The notes beneath the pieces were generated by a model. That model saw nothing but the letters and a program-made list of their open reading frames with translations, was not told the origin of the DNA and did no database searches. A DNA stretch of 64,000 bases from the human T2T-CHM13v2.0 reference genome, Homo sapiens, in the NCBI RefSeq assembly GCF_009914755.1, contig NC_060925.1; one strand, written 5' to 3'. Below, piece after piece: positions 56,486-64,000 of the stretch (its first letter is position 1; each line of letters starts with the position of its first letter). A program made the translations under genes and the position numbers.

Positions 56486-57793
56486 ATGGAATCGTCATCG
56501 AATGAATTGACTACAATCACCGAATGGTCTCGAATGGAATCATCTTCAAATGGAATGGAATGGAATCATCGCATAGAATCGAATGGAATTATCATCGAAT
56601 GGAATCGAATGGTATCAACATCAAACGGAAAAAAACGGAATTATCGAATCGAATCGAAGAGAATCTTCGAACGGACCCGAATGGAATCATCTAATGGAAT
56701 GGAATGGAATAATCCATGGACTCGAATGCAATCATCATCGAATGGAATCGAATGGAATCATCGAATGGACTTGAATGGAATAATCATTGAACGGAATCGA
56801 ATGGAATCATCATCGGATGGAAACGAATGGAATCATCATCGAATGGAATCGAATAGAATTATGGAATGAAATCCAGTGTGATCATCATCGAATGGACCCG
56901 AATGGAATCATCATCCAACGGAAGCTAATGGAATCAACATCGAATGAATCGAATGGAAACACCATCGAATTGAAACGAATGGAATTACCAAGAAAATGAA
57001 ATGGATGGACTCATCATCGAATGGATTCGAATGGAATCATCGAATAAAATTGATTGAAATCATCATCCAATGGAATCGAATGGTATCATTGAATGGAATC
57101 GAATGGAATCATAATCAGATGGAAATGAATGGAATCGTCATAGAATGGAATCGAATGGACTCATTGAATGGAATCAGATGGAATCATTGAATGGACTGGA
57201 ATGGAATCATTGAATGGACACGAAAGGGATCATTATTGAATGGAATTGAATGGAATCATCGAATGGTCTCGATTGGAATCATTATCAAAAGGAATCGAAT
57301 GGAATCACCGAATAGAATCGAATGGAACAATCATCGAATGGACTCAAATGGAATTATCCTCCAATGGAATGGAATGGAATTATCGAATGCAATCGAATGG
57401 AATTATCGAATGCAATCGAATAGAATCATCGAATGGACTCGAATGGAATCATCGAATGGAATGGAATGGAACAGTCAATGAACTCGAATGGAATCATCAT
57501 TGAATGGAATCGAATGGAATCATCGAGTGGAATCGAATGGAATTATGATCAAATGGAATCGAATGTAATCATCATCAAATGGAATCAAAAATAACCATCA
57601 TCAATTGGTATTGAATGGAATTGTCATCAAATGGAATTCAAAGGAATCATCATCAAATGGAACCGAATGGAATCCTCATTGAATGGAAATGAAAGGGGTC
57701 ATCATCTAATGGAATCGCATGGAATCATCATCAAATGGAATCGAATGGAATCATCATCAAATGGAATCTAATGGAATCATTGAAAAGAATTGA
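56486..57793 (+). repeat. 1308-bp unit lacking one 468-bp subrepeat
   Basis: Spacing 56486 to 57794. A single mosaic subrepeat runs directly into segment C. Confidence 0.92.
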
Positions 57794-60037
57794 ATGGAAT
57801 CGTCATCGAATGAATTGAATGCAATCATCGAATGGTCTCGAATGGAATCATCTTCTAATGGAAAGGAATGGAATCATCGCATAGAATCGAATGGAATTAT
57901 CATCGAATGGAATCGAATGGAATCAACATCAAACGGAAAAAAACGGAATTATCGAATGGAATCGAAGAGAATCATCGAATGGACCCGAATGGAATCATCT
58001 AATGGAATGGCATGGAATAATCCATGGACTCGAATGCAATCATCATCGAATGGAATCGAATGGAATCATCGAATGGACCCGAATGGAATAATCATTGAAC
58101 GGAATCGAATGGAATCATCATCGGATGGAAACGAATGGAATCATCATCGAATGGAAATGAAAGGAGTCATCATCTAATGCAATTGCATGGAATCATCATC
58201 AAATGGAATCGAATGGAATCAACATCAAATGGAATCAAATGGAATCATTGAACGGAATTGAATGGAATCGTCATCGAATGAATTGAATGCAATCATCGAA
58301 TGGTCTCGAATACAATCATCTTCAAATGGAATGGAATGGAATCATCGCATAGAATCGAATGGAATTATCATCGAATGGAATCGAACGGTATCAACATCAA
58401 ACGGAAAAAAACGGAATTATCGAATGGAATCGAAGAGAATCCTCGAACGGACCCGAATGGAATCATCAAATGGAATGGAATGGAATAATCCATGGAGTCG
58501 AATGCAATCATCATCGAATGGAATCGAATGGAATCATCGAATGGACTCGAATGGAATAATCATTGAAGGGAATCGAATGGAATAATCTTCGGATGGAAAC
58601 GAATGGAATCATCATCGAATGGAAATGAAAGGAGTCATCATCTAATGGAATTGCATGGAATCATCATAAAATGGAATCGAATGGAATCAACATCAAATGG
58701 AATCAAATGGAATCATTGAACGGAATTGAATGGAATCGTCATCGAATGAATTGACTGCAATCATCGAATGGTCTCGAATGGAATCATCTTCAAATGGAAT
58801 GGAATGGAATCATCGCATAGAATCGAATGGAATTATCATCGAATGGAATCGAATGGAATCAACATCAAACGGAAAAAAACGGAATTATCGAATGGAATCG
58901 AAGAGAATCATCGAATGGACCCGAATGGAATCATCTAATGGAATGGAATGGAATAATCCATGGACTCGAATGCAATCATCATCGAATGGAATCGAATGGA
59001 ATCATCGAATGGACTCGAATGGAATAATCATTGAACGGAATCGAATGGAATCATCATCGGATGGAAATGAATGGAATCATCATCGAATGGAATCGAATAG
59101 AATTATGGAATGAAATCCAGTGTGATCATCATCGAATGGACCCGAATGGAATCATCATCCAACGGAAGCTAATGGAATCAACATCGAATGAATCGAATGG
59201 AAACACCATCGAATTGAAACGAATGGAATTATCATGAAATTGAAATGGATGGACTCATCATCGAATGGATTCGAATGGAATCATCGAATAAAATTGATTG
59301 AAATCATCATCGAATGGAATCGAATGGTATCATTGAATGGAATCGAATGGAATCATCATCAGATGGAAATGAATGGAATTGTCATAGAATGGAATCGAAT
59401 GGATTCATTGAATGGAATCAGATGGAATCATCGAATGGACTGGAATGGAATCATTGAATGGACTCGAAAGGGATCATGATTGAATGGAATTGAATGGAAT
59501 CATCGAATGGTCTCGATTGGAATCATTATCAAATGGAATCGAATGGAATCACCGAATAGAATCGAATGGAACAATCATCGAATGGACTCAAATGGAATTA
59601 TCCTCCAATGGAATCGAATGGAATTATCGAATGCAATCGAATGGAATTATCGAATGCAATCGAATAGAATCATCGAAAGGACTCGAATGGAATCATCGAA
59701 TGGAATGGAATGGAACAGTCAATGAACTCGAATGGAATCATCATTGAATGGAATCCAATGGAATCATCGAGTGGAATCGAATGGAATTATGATCAAATGG
59801 AATCGAATGTAATCATCATCAAATGGAATCAAAAATAACCATCATCAATTGGTATTGAATGGAATTGTCATCAAATGGAATTCAAAGGAATCATCATCAA
59901 ATGGAACCGAATGGAATCCTCATTGAATGGAAATGAAAGGGGTCATCATCTAATGGAATCGCATGGAATCATCATCAAATGGAATCGAATGGAATCATCA
60001 TCAAATGGAATCTAATGGAATCATTGAACAGAATTGA
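57794..60037 (+). repeat. 2244-bp unit with three 468-bp subrepeats
   Basis: Markers at 57794, 58262 and 58730 (468 apart), then 60038. Confidence 0.92.
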
Positions 60038-61812
60038 ATGGAATCGTCATCGAATGAATTGAATGCAATCATCGAATGGTCTCGAATGGAATCATCTTCT
60101 AATGGAAAGGAATGGAATCATCGCATAGAATCGAATGGAATTATCATCGAATGGAATCGAATGGTATCAACACCAAACGGAAAAAAACGGAATTATCGAA
60201 TGGAATCGAAGAGAATCTTCGAACGGACCCGAATGGAATCATCTAATGGAATGGAATGGAATAATCCATGGACTCGAATGCAATCATCATCGAATGGAAT
60301 CGAATGGAGTCATCGAATGGACTCGAATGGAATAATCATTGAACGGAATCGAATGGAATCATCATCGGATGGAAACGAATGGAATCATCATCGAATGGAA
60401 ATGAAAGGAGTCATCATCTAATGGAATTTCATGGAATCATCATAAAATGGAATCGAATGGAATCAACATCAAATGGAATCAAATGGAATCATTGAACGGA
60501 ATTGAATGGAATCGTCATCGAATGAATTGACTGCAATCATCGAATGGTCTCGAACGGAATCATCTTCAAATGGAATGGAATGGAATCATCGCATAGAATC
60601 GAATGGAATTATCATCGAATGGAATCGAATGGAATCAACATCAAACGGAAAAAAACAGAATTATCGTATGGAATCTAAGAGAATCATCGAATGGACCCGA
60701 ATGGAATCATCTAATGGAATGGAATGGAATAATCCATGGACTCGAATGCAATCATCATCGAATGGAATCGAATGGAATCATCGAATGGACTCGAATGGAA
60801 TAATAATTGAACGGAATCGAATGGAATCATCATCGGATGGAAATGAATGGAATCATCATCGAATGGAATCGAATAGAATTATGGAATGAAATCCAGTGTG
60901 ATCATCATCGAATGGACCCGAATGGAATCATCATCCAACGGAAGCTAATGGAATCAACATCGAATGAATCGAATGGAAACACCATCGAATTGAAACGAAT
61001 GGAATTATCATGAAATTGAAATGGATGGACACATCATCGAATGGATTCGAATGGAATCATCGAATAAAATTGATTGAAATCATCATCAAATGGAATCGAA
61101 TGGTATCATTGAATGGAATCGAATGGAATCATCATCAGATGGAAATGAATGGAATCGTCATAGAATGGAATCGAATGGATTCATTGAATGGAATCAGATG
61201 GAATCATCGAATGGACTGGAATGGAATCATTGAATGGACTCGAAAGGGATCATTATTGAATGGAATTGAATGGAATCATCGAATGGTCTCGATTGGAATC
61301 ATTATCAAATGGAATCGAATGGAATCACCGAATAGAATCGAATGGAACAATCATCGAATGGACTCAAATGGAATTATCCTCAAATGGAATCGAATGGAAT
61401 TATCGAATGCAATCGAATGGAATTATCGAATGCAATCGAATAGAATCATCGAATGGACTCGAATGGAATCATCGAATGGAATGGAATGGAACAGTCAATG
61501 AACTCGAATGGAATCATCACTGAATGGAATCGAAAGGAATCATCGCGTGGAATCGAATGGAATTATGATCAAATGGAATCGAATGTAATCATCATCAAAT
61601 GGAATCAAAAATAACCATCATCAATTGGTATTGAATGGAATTGTCATCAAATGGAATTCAATGAATCATCATCAAATGGAACCGAATGGAATCCTCATTG
61701 AATGGAAATGAAAGGGGTCATCATCTAATGGAATCGCATGGAATCATCATCAAATGGAATCGAATGGAATCATCATCAAATGGAATCTAATGGAATCATT
61801 GAACAGAATTGA
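60038..61812 (+). repeat. 1775-bp unit (1-bp deletion)
   Basis: ggaattcaatgaatc at ~61653-61667 versus canonical ggaattcaaaggaatc. Confidence 0.9.
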
Positions 61813-63120
61813 ATGGAATCGTCATCGAATGAATTGAATGCAATCATCGAATGGTCTCGAATGGAATCATCTTCTAATGGAAAGGAATGGAATCATCGCA
61901 TAGAATCGAATGGAATTATCATCGAATGGAATCGAATGGTATCAACACCAAACGGAAAAAAACGGAATTATCGAATGGAATCGAAGAGAATCTTCGAACG
62001 GACCCGAATGGAATCATCTAATGGAATGGAATGGAATAATCCATGGACTCGAATGCAATCATCATCGAATGGAATCGAATGGAATCATCGAATGGACTCG
62101 AATGGAATAATCATTGAACGGAATAGAATGGAATCATCATCGGATGGAAATGAATGGAATCATCATCGAATGGAATCGAATAGAATTATGGAATGAAATC
62201 CAGTGTGATCATCATCGAATGGACCCCAATGGAATCATCATCCAACGGAAGCTAATGGAATCAACATCGAATGAATCTAATGGAAACACCATTGAATTGA
62301 AACGAATGGAATTATCATGAAATTGAAATGGATGGACTCATCATCGAATGGATTCGAATGGAATCATCGAATAAAATTGATTGAAATCATCATCGAATGG
62401 AATCGAATGGTATCATTGAATGGAATCGAATGGAATCATCATCAGATGGAAATGAATGGAATCGTCATAGAATGGAATCGAATGGATTCATTGAATGAAA
62501 TCAGATGGAATCATCGAATGGACTGGAATGGAATCATTGAATGGACTCGAAAGGGATCATTATTGAATGGAATTGAATGGAATCATCGAATGGTCTCGAT
62601 TGGAATCATTATCAAATGGAATCGAATGGAATCACCGAATAGAATCGAATGGAACAATCATCGAATGGACTCAAATGGAATTATCCTCCAATGGAATCGA
62701 ATGGAATTATCGAATGCAATCGAATGGAATTATCGAATGCAATCTAATAGAATCATCGAATGGACTCGAATGGAATCATCGAATGGAATGGAATGGAACA
62801 GTCAATGAACTCGAATGGAATCATCATTGAATGGAATCGAATGGAATCATCGAGTGGAATCGAATGGAATTATGATCAAATGGAATCGAATGTAATCATC
62901 ATCAAATGGAGTCAAAAAAAACCATCATCAATTGGTATTGAATGGAATTGTCATCAAATGGAATTCAAAGGAATCATCATCAAATGGAACCGAATGGAAT
63001 CCTCATTGAATGGAAATGAAAGGGGTCATCATCTAATGGAATCGCATGGAATCATCATCAAATGGAATCGAATGGAATCATCATCAAATGGAATCTAATG
63101 GAATCATTGAACAGAATTGA
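61813..63120 (+). repeat. 1308-bp unit: A-type subrepeat fused directly to segment C
   Basis: Spacing 61813 to 63121. A markers are followed by the B-end ggaaatgaatgg...gaatagaattatgg. Confidence 0.92.
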
Positions 63121-64000
63121 ATGGAATCGTCATCGAATGAATTGAATGCAATCATCGAATGGTCTCGAATGGAATCATCTTCTAATGGAAAGGAATGGAA
63201 TCATCGCATAAAATCGAATGGAATTATCATCGAATGGAATCGAATGGTATCAACACCAAACGGAAGAAAACGGAATTATCGAATGGAATCGAAGAGAATC
63301 TTCGAACGGACCCGAATGGAATCATCTAATGGAATGGAATGGAATAATCCATGGACTCGAATGCAATCATCATCGAATGGAATCGAATGGAATCATTGAA
63401 TGGACTCTAATGGAATAATCATTGAACGGAATCGATTGGAATCATCATCGGATGGAAACGAATGGAATCATCATCGAATGGAAATGAAAGGAGTCATCAT
63501 CTAATGGAATTGCATGGAATCATCATAAAATGGAATCGAATGGAATCAACATCAAATGGAATCTAATGGAATCATTGAACGGAATTGAATGGAATCGTCA
63601 TCGAATGAATTGACTGCAATCATCCAATGGTCTCGAATGGAATCATCTTCAAATGGAATGGAATGGAATCATCGCATAGAATCGAATGGAATTATCATCG
63701 AATGGAATCGAATGGAATCAACATCCAACGGAAAAAAACGGAATTATCGAATGGAATCGAAGGGAATCATCGAATGGACCCGAATGGAATCATCTAATGG
63801 AATGGAATGGAATAATCCATGGACTCGAATGCAATCATCATCGAATGGAATCGAATGGAATCATCGAATGGACTCGAATGGAATAATCATTGAACGGAAT
63901 CGAATGGAATCATCATCGGATGGAAATGAATGGAATCATCATCGAATGGAATCGAATAGAATTATGGAATGAAATCCAGTGTGATCATCATCGAATGGAC

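Larger units (their letters stand above)
1..64000 (+). repeat. Human satellite 2 (HSat2/HSATII) tandem array, 1776-bp EcoRI unit, probably the chr1q12 HSat2A2-type array
   Basis: Seen: continuous motifs such as gaatggaatcatcatcgaatggaatc from base 1 to 64000 in one orientation. The marker atggaatcgtcatcgaatgaattgaatgc recurs every 1776 bp (1420, 3196, 4972, 6748, 8524; 40502 to 54710), and GAATTC occurs once per canonical unit (1260, 3036...). Established: CATTC-derived, CpG-rich (ATCGAAT) satellite with CATCAT insertions is HSat2, and the 1.77-kb EcoRI unit is characteristic of 1q12. Confidence 0.97.

Noticed and set aside
357-63972. Hundreds of 61-163 aa + strand ORFs (MESSSNG/IEWNHRM-type peptides)
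   Set aside because: They are low-complexity translations of GGAAT/CGAAT repeats that overlap in several frames, recur with the DNA period and are broken at random by point changes. There is no domain or coding signal.
1-64000. CRISPR-like regular repeat spacing
   Set aside because: There are no unique spacers or cas genes. All intervening sequence is itself pentamer-derived and repeated.
1-64000. HSat3 or telomeric repeat assignment, and strand inversion
   Set aside because: Pure (GGAAT)n runs are only about three copies long, and CATCAT and CGAAT dominate, which is HSat2. No TTAGGG is present, and I saw no switch to CATTC on the + strand.

Overview
The whole 64 kb window is one uninterrupted, single-orientation tandem array of human classical satellite 2 (HSat2/HSATII). 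The + strand carries degenerate GGAAT/CGAAT pentamers with CATCAT insertions. The dominant period is exactly 1776 bp with one EcoRI site per unit, which matches the known ~1.77-kb EcoRI HSat2 unit of chr1q12 (HSat2A2-type). The chromosome assignment is inference. Each unit is two diverged 468-bp subrepeats (A, B) plus an ~840-bp segment (C). I count 26 canonical units (one is 1774 bp, one is 1775 bp) and 12 structural variants: 1063 x3, 595 x2, 1285 x2, 2391 x2, 1308 x2 and 2244 x1. Every variant length is the canonical unit plus or minus modules of 468, 713, 147 and 23 bp. Shared substitutions also show local higher-order repeats: 3552-bp dimers and a near-identical 4271-bp tandem duplication that contains a divergent 615-bp satellite block. 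I see no genes, RNA genes, transposons, inversions or CRISPR arrays, and all listed ORFs are artefacts of the repeat. I found no evidence of a new biological system. The interest lies in the recombination history of the array and in possible transcription-factor (DUX4) sites.
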